A stretch of 64,000 nucleotides of DNA from Candidatus Latescibacterota bacterium. GTDB taxonomy: Bacteria > Latescibacterota > UBA2968. Under the pieces are notes generated by a model. It was not told the origin of the DNA. It did no database searches and worked only from the letters and a program-made list of their open reading frames with translations. The stretch is taken from contig OZ242010.1 of NCBI GenBank assembly GCA_965204745.1, forward strand, positions 3,232,001-3,296,000, given 5' to 3'. Each line of letters begins with the position of its first letter. The first letter of the stretch is position 1. The translations under genes were made by a program, and so were the position numbers. Positions 9,174 through 18,864 of this stretch are shown here, piece by piece.

Positions 9174-12100
9174 TTAGGGCAACCCGTCAATCCTGTAATC
9201 GTTGCCCACCCGAGTCCCTCTAAATCCGTTCAAATTGAAGCTGCGAATGCACAACCTGCCGCTACCGAAGGGAGTATAAACGACGCACCCACCGCCGACA
9301 TTTCTAAACTCTCCACCGCTGATCTGACAACTCTGGTTAGGACGCACGACCAGCCCCACCCTGCAAGCACCGAGACTGCCACTGCCGCCACCACCGCCAC
9401 CGCCACCACCACCGCCGCTACTCACCGTAACGCGCGCGGCATCCGAGCAGTTGTTGGTGGTGTTGCTCTCGCCGCTGACGCTTGCCACGCACGCGCCGTA
9501 GTAATACGTGCCCGCACGCGACGGCGCAGTCAGACGGATCGATTCCCTACTGGTCGCCGAAGCCGAAAGACCGCTGACCGAATCTGTGCCCACTTCTGTA
9601 TCGCTCGTGGAGATCGTCGCATTGGACGAGCGATAATAGCGCAAGGTCGTTGCGGCTGACCGAGCCGTGCCGCGATTGCGGACTGTGGCATTCAGGGTGA
9701 AGGATAGACCGCTGGACGAGCTGGTCGAAAGCGATTCAACGATCAGGTCAGGACGACCACTGCCACTGCCACTGCCACCGCCACTACCGCCACTCTGAAA
9801 ACTTGCGTGAACGGTATAGCTTCCAGTCTCTGACGAGCCATACCCTCGTACTGCGATGTAGTAGGTCCCCGCACTCACAGAGCGTGCTATGCTGAAATTC
9901 GTACCACTTCCGTCATCGTCATCGGTTTCCAAAGTGGTGCCGGAACTGCTTTGCAACGTACCATAAGTATCGGTGTTGCCTGTCGTATAAACCGTCAAGG
10001 TGCCAGAACGGCTGACTTGCACCCTGAAGTAATCAACATCGCCGCCGGTTTCTATCCGCCCAGAGCGTGAGCCACCCAAAGACAGGCTGGTCGCGCCAGA
10101 TCGGGTATTGCTGTGATCATCGCTACCGCCACCACCCCCGCCACCGCCACCACCACCCCCGCCAGTCACCGTAATGCGCACGGCATCCGAGCAGTTGTTG
10201 TCGGTGTTGCTCTCGCCGCTGACGCTTGCCACGCACGCGCCGTAGTAATACGTGCCCGCACGCGACGGCGCAGTCAGACGGATCGATTCCCTACTGGTCG
10301 CCGAAGCCGAAAGACCGCTGACCGAATCTGTGCCCACTTCTGTATCGCTCGTGGAGATCGTCGCATTGGACGAGCGATAATAGCGCAAGGTCGTTGCGGC
10401 TGACCGAGCCGTGCCCCGGTTGCGGACTGTGGCATTCAGGGTGAAGGATAGACCGCTGGGCGAGCTGGTCGAAAGCGATTCAACGATCAGGTCAGGACGT
10501 CCACTGCCACCGCCACCGCCACCACCACCACTGCCGCTACTCACCGTGACGCGCACGCCTGTTGAACAGTTGTTGTCGGTATTGCTCTCGCCACTGACGC
10601 TTGCCACGCACGCACCGTAGTAATACGTGCCGGGGATCGCTGACACGGGCACGCTACTCGACTGCACACTCGTCGCTGACACCGCCAAGGCGCTTATCGC
10701 ATCCGCCGTGCCAACTTCTGTGTCGCCGGTGGTGATCGTCGCGTCGGCTGAGAGGTAATAGCGCAGGGTGGTCGCCGTCGCCGCTGCCGTGCCTCGGTTG
10801 AGCACCGTCGCACGTAGCGTGATCGACTGCCCAGCCGTCGGCGTGGTATTATCCACCGATGGCGATTGCACAACCAGGTCTGGCGCGCCAACGACCACTC
10901 GGACACCGGCCGAGCAGTTATCGCTCGAGCCCCTGACCGCTACCACACACGCGCCGTAGTAATACGTGCCCGCACGCGACGGCGCAGTCAGACGGATCGA
11001 TTCCCTACTGGTCGCCGAAGCCGAAAGACCGCTGACCGAATCCGTGCCCACTTCTGTATCGCTCGTGGAGATCGTCGCATTGGACGAGCGGTAGTAGCGC
11101 AAGGTCGTTGCGGCTGACCGAGCCGTGCCGCGATTGCGAACTGTGGCGCGCAGGGTGAAGGATTGCCCAGGCGTCAAGGTGCTATCGCTGACCGAAGGCG
11201 ATTCAACGATCAGATCGGGAAGACTGATACTACCGGTCCCCTGAGTATCCAGCGCGATGCCACCTGGCGTAGTCAATCCTGTGGTGATGAGGTCTTCGAC
11301 ATTGGAGCCATCCAAGTTGGCACGCTGAATCTTATCCGTGCCATTGTCTGTCCAGTACATCTTTCCGCGTCCCACATCCAGCGCGATGCCCAATGGCGTA
11401 GTCAATCCTGTGGTGATGAGGTCTTCGACATTGGAGCCATCCAAGTTGGCACGCTGAATCTTATCCGTGCCATTGTCTGTCCAGTACATCTTTCCGCGTC
11501 CCACATCCAGCGCGATGCCCAATGGCGTAGTCAATCCTGTGGTGATGAGGTCTTCGACATTGGAGCCATCCAAGTTGGCACACTGAATCTTCTCCGTGCC
11601 CCAGTCTGTCCAGTACATCTTTTCGCGTCCCACATCCAGCGCGATGCCTTCTGGTGTCCTCAATCCTGTGGTGATGAGGTCTTCGACATTAGAGCCATCC
11701 AAGTTGGCACGCTGAATCTTCTCCGTGCCAGTGTCCGTCCAGTACATCTTTCCGCGTACCACATCCAGCACGATGCCAACTGGCGTAGTCAATCCTGTGG
11801 TGATGAGGTCTTCGACATTGGAGCCATCCAAGTTGGCACACTGAATCTTATCCGTGCCAGCGTCCGTCCAGTACATCTTTCCGCGTACCACATCCAGCGC
11901 GATGCCAACAGGTGTCCTCAATCCTGTGGTGATGAGGTCTTCGACATTGGAGCCATCCAAGTTGGCACGCTGAATCTTCTCCGTGCCAGTGTCTCTCCAG
12001 TACATCTTCGGCGTACCAACCCCGCCACCGCCACCGCTACTCACCGTGACGCGCACGCCCTCCGAGCAGTTGTTGTCGGTGTTGCTCTCGCCGCTGACGC

Positions 12101-13763
12101 TTGCCACGCACGCGCCGTAGTAATACGTGCCTGAACCCGACGGCGCAGTCAGACTGATCGATTCCGAACCCGTGCCCGAAGCGGACAGACCGCTGACCGA
12201 ATCTGTGCCCACTTCTGTATCGCTCGTGGCGATCGTCGCGTCGGACGAGCGGTAGTAGCGCAAGGTCGTTGCGGCTGACCGAGCCGTGCCCCGATTGCGA
12301 ACGGTGGCTTGCAAGGTGAAGGATTGCCCAGGCGTCAAGGTGCTATCGCTGACCGACGGCGATTCAACGATCAGATCGGGACTACTACTACCGCCACCGC
12401 CGCCACCGCCACCACTGACCGTGACGCGCACGGCATCCGAGCAGTTGTTGTTGGTGTTGCTCTCCCCGCTGACGCTTGCCACGCACGCGCCGTAGTAATA
12501 CGTGCCGGTACTCGACGGAGCAGTTAGACTGATCGATTCCGAACCCGTGCGAGAAGCCGAAAGCCCGCTCACGCTATCCGTGCCCACTTCTGTATCGCTC
12601 GTGGAGATCGTCGCATTGGACGAGCGGTAGTAGCGCAAGGTCGTCGAGGCTGATTGCCCCGTGCCCCGATTGCGAACGGTGGCTTGCAAGGTGAAGGATT
12701 GCCCAGGCGTCAAGGTGCTATCGCTGACCGACGGCGATTCAACGATCAGATCGGGACTGCTACTGCCACCAGGAGGTGGAGGAGGCGGTACTGGGCTGCC
12801 ATAACTGCCGGCAAAACTCAGAAAATCCCGAAAGTCTATCGCGCCATCGCTATTCAAATCATACTTCGCTTGGTATCTGCTATCCCCGCGCCGGGCACCA
12901 TATCGCCCTGCAAACGCCAAGAAGTCGGGAAAGCCTACCGTGCCATCGCCGTTAAAATCGGGTGTGGGACCCATCGCATTAAAAGTCAATGGCGTCGCCG
13001 CGGTGAGCATATCCGTCTCACCAATATTAGTGCCATCCGCCACATTTATGCTGGCACTAACTGTGAATTCGGTACCTGTTACATCAGAAACTGTCGTAAG
13101 CGTAACCGTTCCCAAATAGCCGTTGGGCAGGGCAACGCCCGGTGGGAAACCACCAAACGAGACAGTTCTTGCGGTAGTCCCAAGAACCGACAACCCCGGC
13201 GTAGCCGCCGCACTTTTGACGGTCAGCCTATTCGTATCAATGGAAAACGCACCACCGATAATTGGGCCTGCCAACCCCGTGATAAACACCTCGACGACAA
13301 CATCGGTACCAGCACCTGCAACAGTGCCCGATTTATTCCCATCATCCCTTTTAGGATCGCTGGCATCGATGTCCAAGTCCAAAGACAGAACGGCATTGGC
13401 ATTGGGACCGGCGGCAACTTTCGCGCGCCCTATGACGTCATCCGCGCTGTGCGTGGGTTCATCCTCGGCGATGCGTTCAAGATACAGGGTCATATTGGCA
13501 TTGGCACCGGCGGCAACTTTCGCGCGCCCTATGACGTCATCCGCGCTGTGCGTGGGTTCATCTTCGGCGATGCGTTCAAGATACAGGGTCATATTGGCAT
13601 TGGGACCGGCGGCAACTTTCGCGCGCCGTTCAGCAATCGGGGAAGATTCCCCTGTGGTCGCGCCGCCTTGGGCATCCGGTTCGGCTGCGACTTGATAGAC
13701 CACAAAGACCAGCGCTGTGAGCGCGGTCATCAACAGGCCTGTTGACAAAATCAGTTTACGCAT
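9174..13763 (-). CDS. Secreted modular protein B: signal peptide, 2 x 33-aa repeat, divergent cohesin-like domain, EF-hand pair, 2 CARDB, YWTD x6, 3 CARDB, PPC domain, CARDB, Cys-containing C-terminal domain
   Basis: ORF of about 1529 aa. Shares the N-terminus and upstream region of gene A. The PPC-like unit reads DDHSNTRSGAT...GDVDYF...DDDDGSGTNF...GTYYIAV. Confidence 0.9.
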   Translation of the reverse strand: MRKLILSTGLLMTALTALVFVVYQVAAEPDAQGGATTGESSPIAERRAKVAAGPNANMTLYLERIAEDEPTHSADDVIGRAKVAAGANANMTLYLERIAEDEPTHSADDVIGRAKVAAGPNANAVLSLDLDIDASDPKRDDGNKSGTVAGAGTDVVVEVFITGLAGPIIGGAFSIDTNRLTVKSAAATPGLSVLGTTARTVSFGGFPPGVALPNGYLGTVTLTTVSDVTGTEFTVSASINVADGTNIGETDMLTAATPLTFNAMGPTPDFNGDGTVGFPDFLAFAGRYGARRGDSRYQAKYDLNSDGAIDFRDFLSFAGSYGSPVPPPPPPGGSSSPDLIVESPSVSDSTLTPGQSFTLQATVRNRGTGQSASTTLRYYRSSNATISTSDTEVGTDSVSGLSASRTGSESISLTAPSSTGTYYYGACVASVSGESNTNNNCSDAVRVTVSGGGGGGGGSSSPDLIVESPSVSDSTLTPGQSFTLQATVRNRGTARSAATTLRYYRSSDATIATSDTEVGTDSVSGLSASGTGSESISLTAPSGSGTYYYGACVASVSGESNTDNNCSEGVRVTVSSGGGGGVGTPKMYWRDTGTEKIQRANLDGSNVEDLITTGLRTPVGIALDVVRGKMYWTDAGTDKIQCANLDGSNVEDLITTGLTTPVGIVLDVVRGKMYWTDTGTEKIQRANLDGSNVEDLITTGLRTPEGIALDVGREKMYWTDWGTEKIQCANLDGSNVEDLITTGLTTPLGIALDVGRGKMYWTDNGTDKIQRANLDGSNVEDLITTGLTTPLGIALDVGRGKMYWTDNGTDKIQRANLDGSNVEDLITTGLTTPGGIALDTQGTGSISLPDLIVESPSVSDSTLTPGQSFTLRATVRNRGTARSAATTLRYYRSSNATISTSDTEVGTDSVSGLSASATSRESIRLTAPSRAGTYYYGACVVAVRGSSDNCSAGVRVVVGAPDLVVQSPSVDNTTPTAGQSITLRATVLNRGTAAATATTLRYYLSADATITTGDTEVGTADAISALAVSATSVQSSSVPVSAIPGTYYYGACVASVSGESNTDNNCSTGVRVTVSSGSGGGGGGGGSGRPDLIVESLSTSSPSGLSFTLNATVRNRGTARSAATTLRYYRSSNATISTSDTEVGTDSVSGLSASATSRESIRLTAPSRAGTYYYGACVASVSGESNTDNNCSDAVRITVTGGGGGGGGGGGGGSDDHSNTRSGATSLSLGGSRSGRIETGGDVDYFRVQVSRSGTLTVYTTGNTDTYGTLQSSSGTTLETDDDDGSGTNFSIARSVSAGTYYIAVRGYGSSETGSYTVHASFQSGGSGGGSGSGSGRPDLIVESLSTSSSSGLSFTLNATVRNRGTARSAATTLRYYRSSNATISTSDTEVGTDSVSGLSASATSRESIRLTAPSRAGTYYYGACVASVSGESNTTNNCSDAARVTVSSGGGGGGGGGGGSGSLGACRVGLVVRPNQSCQISGGEFRNVGGGCVVYTPFGSGRLCIRSFNLNGFRGTRVGNDYRIDGLP

Positions 13764-13980
13764 CACTCGCTCCTTGTGAAAGTTTGGGCGACTTTAGAAT
13801 AGGCGTCGCCCGAAGCCTTTTCAAAAAGCGCGATCTCCACGCCCCCCGAACACTGAGCCACACAACAACAACAACGCAAGACAACCCAATCGTATGCACA
13901 AGCCCTCGCAACAGGCTCCTACCTTCAGAGGACGCTACAAAGGCTTGTGCCGTTATCGGCTCTTTCTCGCCACCTACCGG

Positions 13981-16900
13981 TTAGGGCAACCCGTCAATCC
14001 TGTAATCGTTGCCCACCCGAGTCCCTCTAAATCCGTTCAAATTGAAGCTGCGACCAAGGCAAAACCTGCCGCTGCCGAAGGGAGTATAAACGAAGCACCC
14101 ACCGCCGACATTTCTAAACTCTCCACCGCTGATCTGACAGCTCTGGTTAGGACGCACGACCATCCCCACCCTGCAAGCACCGAGACTGCCACTGCCGCTA
14201 CCACCCCCACCACTGCCGCCACCACCCCCGCCACTGCCGCCACTCACCGTAATGCGCACGGCATCCGAGCAGTTGTTGTCGGTGTTGCTCTCGCCGCTGA
14301 CGCTTGCCACGCACGCGCCGTAGTAATACGTGCCCGCACGCGACGGCGCAGTCAGACGGATCGATTCCCTACTGGTCGCCGAAGCCGAAAGACCGCTGAC
14401 CGAATCTGTGCCCACTTCTGTATCGCTCGTGGAGATCGTCGCATTGGACGAGCGATAATAGCGCAAGGTCGTTGCGGCTGACCGAGCCGTGCCCCGGTTG
14501 CGGACTGTGGCATTCAGGGTGAAGGATAGACCGCTGGACGAGCTAGTCGAAAGCGATTCAACGATCAGGTCAGGACGACCACTGCCACTGCCACTGCCAC
14601 CGCCACTACCGCCACTCTGAAAACTTGCGTGAACGGTATAGCTTCCAGTGGCATTATTCCCATACTCTTCTACTTTGATGTAGTAGGTCCCCGCACTCAC
14701 GGAACGTGCTATGCTGAAATTCCTACCACTTCCGTCATCGTCATCGGTTTCCAAAGTGGTGCCGGAACTGCTTTGCAACGTACCATAAGTATCAGTATTT
14801 CCTGTCGTATAAACCGTCAAGGTGCCAGAACTACTGACTTGCACCCTGAAGTAATCGACATCGCTGCCGGTTTCTATCCGCCCAGAGCGTGAGCCACCCA
14901 AAGACAGGCTGGTCGCGCCAGATCGGGTATTGCTGTGGTCATCGCTGCCGCCGCCGCTACCCCCGCCACCACTGCCGCCACTCTGAAAACTTGCGTGAAC
15001 GGTATAGCTTCCAGTCTCTGACGAGGAATAGCCTCGTACTGCGATGTAGTAGGTCCCCGCACTCACAGAGCGTGCTATGCTGAAATTCGTACCACTTCCG
15101 TCATCGTCATCGGTTTCCAAAGTGGTGCCGGAACTGCTTTGCAACGTACCATAAGTATCAGTATTTCCTGTCGTATAAACCGTCAAGGCCCCAGAACTAC
15201 TGACTTGCACCCTGAAGTAATCGACATCGCCGCCGGTTTCTATCCGCCCAGAGCGTGAGCCACCCAAAGACAGGCTGGTCGCGCCAGATCGGGTATTGCT
15301 GTGATCATCACTCACCGTAACACGCACGCCTGTTGAGCAGTTGTTGTTGGTGTTGCTCTCGCCGCTGACGCTTGCCACGCACGCACCGAAGTAATACGTG
15401 CCCGCACGCGACGGTGCTCTCAGAATGATAGATTCCGCACTGGTACCAGAAGCCGAAAGACCGCTGACCGAATCTGTGCCCACTTCTATATCGCCCGTGG
15501 AGATCCCCACGTTGCCCGAGCCGTAGTAGCGCAAGGTCGTCGAGGCTGACCGAGCCGTGCCCCGGTTGCGAACGGTGGCGCGCAAGGTGAAGGATTGCCC
15601 AGGCGTCAAGGTGCTATCGCTGACCGACGGCGATTCAACGATCAGATCGGGACGACTGCCACCCCCACCACCCCCACCACTACTGCCACCACCGCCACCG
15701 GCACTACCGGTCCCCTGAGTATCCAGCGCGATGCCAGATAGCCCATCCACTCCTGTGGTGATGAGGTCTTCTACCTGGGAGCCATCCAAGTTGGCACGCT
15801 GAATCTTCGCCGTGTTAATGTCCGTCCAGTACATCTTTCCGCGTCCCACATCCAGCGCGATGCCCTCTGGCCCAAGCGCTCCTGTGGCTGGTACTGTGGT
15901 GATGAGGTCTTCGACATTGGAGCCATCCAAGTTGGCACGCTGAATCTTAGGAGGGTCATTCGGGTACTTGCGTGTCCAGTACATCTTTCCGCGTCCCACA
16001 TCCAGCGCGATGCCATATGGCCCAAGCGCTCCTGTGGTGATGAGGTCTTCTACCTGGGAGCCATCCAAATTGGCACGCTGAATCTTCTCCGTGTTAATGT
16101 CCGTCCAGTACATCTTTCCGCGTCCCACATCCAGCGCGATGCCAAATGGCCCACTCAATCCTGTGGTGATGAGGTCTTCGACATTGGAGCCATCCAAGTT
16201 GGCACGCTGAATCTTAGACGTGCGACCGCCACCGTCAAAGTCCACGTTCGTCCAGTACATCTTTCCGCGTCCCACATCCAGCGCGATGCCCAATGGCCCA
16301 ATCAATCCTGTGGTGATGAGGTCTTCGACATTGGAGCCATCCAAGTTGGCACGCTGAATCTTATCCGTGCGACCGTCAATGTCCACGTTCGTCCAGTACA
16401 TCTTTCCGCGTCCCACATCCAGCGCGATGTCATATGGCGTAGTCAATCCTGTGGTGATGAGGTCTTCGACATTGGAGCCATCCAAGTTGGCACGCTGAAT
16501 CTTAGACGTGACAAAGTCTATCCAGTACATCTTGGGCGTACCGCTACCGCTACCGCCACCACCGCCACCACTGACCGTGACGCGCACGCCAGCCGAGCAG
16601 TTGTTGTTGGTGTTGCTCTCCCCGCTGACGCTTGCCACGCACGCGCCGTAGTAATACGTGCCGGTACTCGACGGAGCAGTTAGACTGATCGATTCCGAAC
16701 CCGTGCGAGAAGCCGAAAGCCCGCTCACGCTATCCGTGCCCACTTCTGTATCGCTCGTGGAGATCGTCGCATTGGACGAGCGGTAGTAGCGCAAGGTCGT
16801 CGAGGCTGACCGAGCCGTGCCCCGATTGCGAACGGTGGCGCGCAGGGTGAAGGATTGCCCAGGCGTCAGCGTGCTATCGCTGACCGACGGCGATTCAACG

Positions 16901-17895
16901 ATCAGATCGGGACTGCTACTGCCACCAGGAGGTGGAGGAGGCGGTACTGGGCTGCCATAACTGCCGGCAAAACTCAGAAAATCCTGAAAGTCTATCGCGC
17001 CATCGCTATTCAAATCGTACTTCGCTTGGTATCTGCTATCCCCGCGCTGGGCACCATATCGCCCTGCAAACGCCAAGAAGTCGGAAAAGCCTACCATCCC
17101 ATCGCCATCAAAATCGGGCGTGGAAGTCGTCGGAACGTTAAACGAGATCCGGCTTGTCGTGGTGAGCGTATCGCTCGAGGACAAACTTTCAGAAAGCGTC
17201 ACCAACCCAAGGCCAATGGAAAATTCCCTACCCGCGACATCGGTCGCCGTGGTGAACTCTGCCCGGGTTAGAAAACCCGACGACGCCAAACGAACCGGCG
17301 AAGTCGCCGCGAAGTCCGTGCCTGTCGGGTGTGGCAGGTTAAAGGCAAACGCGCGGTTCTCGGCTTTGACAAAGGTCAACAGAGATGCGTCGAAGTCAAA
17401 CCGAAGTTGCATGCCGGTCAAAGAGGTGGTCACGCCGGTTGCAAAAACCTCAATGGCAATGGTCGTGCCCCGTCCAGACACGGTGCCCGATGTGACGCGA
17501 TCATTTCGCTGATTGCCCGCGCCGCCATTGGGAATCAGGTCGAGCGACAGCCGCGCATTGGCATTGGGGCCAGCGGCAACTTTCGCGCGCCCTATGACAT
17601 CATCCGCGCTGTGCGTGGCCTCGTCCTCGGCGATCCATTCGCGCAACCACCGCGCATTGGCGCCAGCGGCAACTTTCGCACGCAGTGTCATGGCATCCGC
17701 GCTGTGCGTGGCTTCGTCCTCGGCGATGCGTTCAAGCAACTGCCGAGCTTTGCGGTCAGCGGCAACTTTCGCACGCTGTTCAACAATCGGGGAAGATTCC
17801 CCTGTGGTCGCGCCGCCTTGGGCATCCGGTTCGGCAAAGACCAGCGCTGAGAGCGCGGTCATCAACAGGCCTGTTGACAAAATCAGTTTACGCAT
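13981..17895 (-). CDS. Secreted modular protein C: signal peptide, cohesin-like domain, EF-hand pair, CARDB, YWTD x6, CARDB, 2 PPC, CARDB, Cys-containing C-terminal domain
   Basis: 1304-aa ORF with an AAGGAG RBS. Modules are homologous to those of genes A and B, and the C-terminus is nearly identical to gene B. Confidence 0.9.
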   Translation of the reverse strand: MRKLILSTGLLMTALSALVFAEPDAQGGATTGESSPIVEQRAKVAADRKARQLLERIAEDEATHSADAMTLRAKVAAGANARWLREWIAEDEATHSADDVIGRAKVAAGPNANARLSLDLIPNGGAGNQRNDRVTSGTVSGRGTTIAIEVFATGVTTSLTGMQLRFDFDASLLTFVKAENRAFAFNLPHPTGTDFAATSPVRLASSGFLTRAEFTTATDVAGREFSIGLGLVTLSESLSSSDTLTTTSRISFNVPTTSTPDFDGDGMVGFSDFLAFAGRYGAQRGDSRYQAKYDLNSDGAIDFQDFLSFAGSYGSPVPPPPPPGGSSSPDLIVESPSVSDSTLTPGQSFTLRATVRNRGTARSASTTLRYYRSSNATISTSDTEVGTDSVSGLSASRTGSESISLTAPSSTGTYYYGACVASVSGESNTNNNCSAGVRVTVSGGGGGGSGSGTPKMYWIDFVTSKIQRANLDGSNVEDLITTGLTTPYDIALDVGRGKMYWTNVDIDGRTDKIQRANLDGSNVEDLITTGLIGPLGIALDVGRGKMYWTNVDFDGGGRTSKIQRANLDGSNVEDLITTGLSGPFGIALDVGRGKMYWTDINTEKIQRANLDGSQVEDLITTGALGPYGIALDVGRGKMYWTRKYPNDPPKIQRANLDGSNVEDLITTVPATGALGPEGIALDVGRGKMYWTDINTAKIQRANLDGSQVEDLITTGVDGLSGIALDTQGTGSAGGGGGSSGGGGGGGSRPDLIVESPSVSDSTLTPGQSFTLRATVRNRGTARSASTTLRYYGSGNVGISTGDIEVGTDSVSGLSASGTSAESIILRAPSRAGTYYFGACVASVSGESNTNNNCSTGVRVTVSDDHSNTRSGATSLSLGGSRSGRIETGGDVDYFRVQVSSSGALTVYTTGNTDTYGTLQSSSGTTLETDDDDGSGTNFSIARSVSAGTYYIAVRGYSSSETGSYTVHASFQSGGSGGGGSGGGSDDHSNTRSGATSLSLGGSRSGRIETGSDVDYFRVQVSSSGTLTVYTTGNTDTYGTLQSSSGTTLETDDDDGSGRNFSIARSVSAGTYYIKVEEYGNNATGSYTVHASFQSGGSGGGSGSGSGRPDLIVESLSTSSSSGLSFTLNATVRNRGTARSAATTLRYYRSSNATISTSDTEVGTDSVSGLSASATSRESIRLTAPSRAGTYYYGACVASVSGESNTDNNCSDAVRITVSGGSGGGGGGSGGGGSGSGSLGACRVGMVVRPNQSCQISGGEFRNVGGGCFVYTPFGSGRFCLGRSFNLNGFRGTRVGNDYRIDGLP

Positions 17896-18394
17896 GAATA
17901 TCTCCTTTGCGTTGGGGGTAGCGTTTCAGCCCCAATTTGCTGATAAAACTGCGATAGATTGAACTGCTGGCTAGGGAAAGAGGTTTAAGCTTTCCTGGTT
18001 ATGCGGTAGGACAAAAAAGTCGCATCTCATCCCTCCTCTATGTGTACGTATGCCGTAGTGTGATAGGTCGATAATGACAACCACTTGTCGGCACCCTCCG
18101 CGGTATTATCGACGCCGTTGCGTGTTGCTTGTGTGAGGACAATCAGCCTGGAATCCACCAAGCAGATGTGCTCAAAATTCGCATTGTCAGTGAAAACAAA
18201 AAAATAAGCCGGCTGTTCCTCAAGGGGTTGCCACGCAGGAACTGAGCCGGCTAAAGAAAATGTTTTGGAAGAATGAAACGAATGGGGGAAAGACGGACGG
18301 AAAAAATTGATCAGGAGGGATGCGACATGGTGCAAATTGGACGGTGGAATTTTGCTCAGACAATACAGATAGGGGAAGGCGATAAGGGGAAATG

Positions 18395-18407
18395 CCCCCC
18401 CCCCCCC
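18395..18407 (-). repeat. Homopolymer G13 tract (C13 on the + strand) inside a short leader ORF
   Basis: aatg-C13-gaaaa is directly visible. Confidence 0.9.
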
Positions 18408-18577
18408 GAAAATCTAATGAAAACAATAAGTTGTGTTAAGTTGTGGGCAGGCAAAAAAGACCTCACACCAGCCGTCGCGGTGCCGGTGTGAACGCCCAAA
18501 AAAGTAGGATGTGAAGTCTGAATTGTCATAACAGCCAAACCCCTTTGTGATTGAGACCTACTCGGTCAACGCGGGAG

Positions 18578-18605
18578 AATATAAGCCCGTCAATCCGCCT
18601 GTCAA
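18578..18605 (-). promoter_or_regulatory. Putative sigma70 promoter TTGACA-N16-TATATT facing gene C
   Basis: The reverse complement reads TTGACAggcggattgacgggctTATATT, at the edge of an AT-rich intergenic region. Confidence 0.55.
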
Positions 18606-18672
18606 GTATCTTTGCCGAAGGCATCGGTGCGAGGGCTTGTATCGTTATCGGCTCTTTCTCTGCACCTACCGG

Positions 18673-18864
18673 TTAGGGCACCCCGTCGATGCGCCACCGC
18701 GACGTGCCGGCGATTTTGCTGGCTCGGAATCCGTTGAGATTCAGACCCGGGCCCGCGCAGATAGTGCCGTAACACCCCGAAATAATACGTGCTTGTGTGG
18801 CTACACTCGAAATAAATAAACGGATCGATTCCGCACTGGTACCAGAAGCCGACAGGCCGCTCAC
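18673..18864 (-). pseudogene. Orphan remnant: CARDB fragment fused to a variant of the Cys-containing C-terminal domain of genes B and C
   Basis: VSGLSASGTSAESIR is a CARDB piece and STYYFG lies in another frame. It continues CYGTICAGPGLNLNGFRASKIAGTSRWRIDGVP*, homologous to ..FNLNGFRGTRVGNDYRIDGLP*, and is followed by the same 3' flank as genes B and C. Confidence 0.75.
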
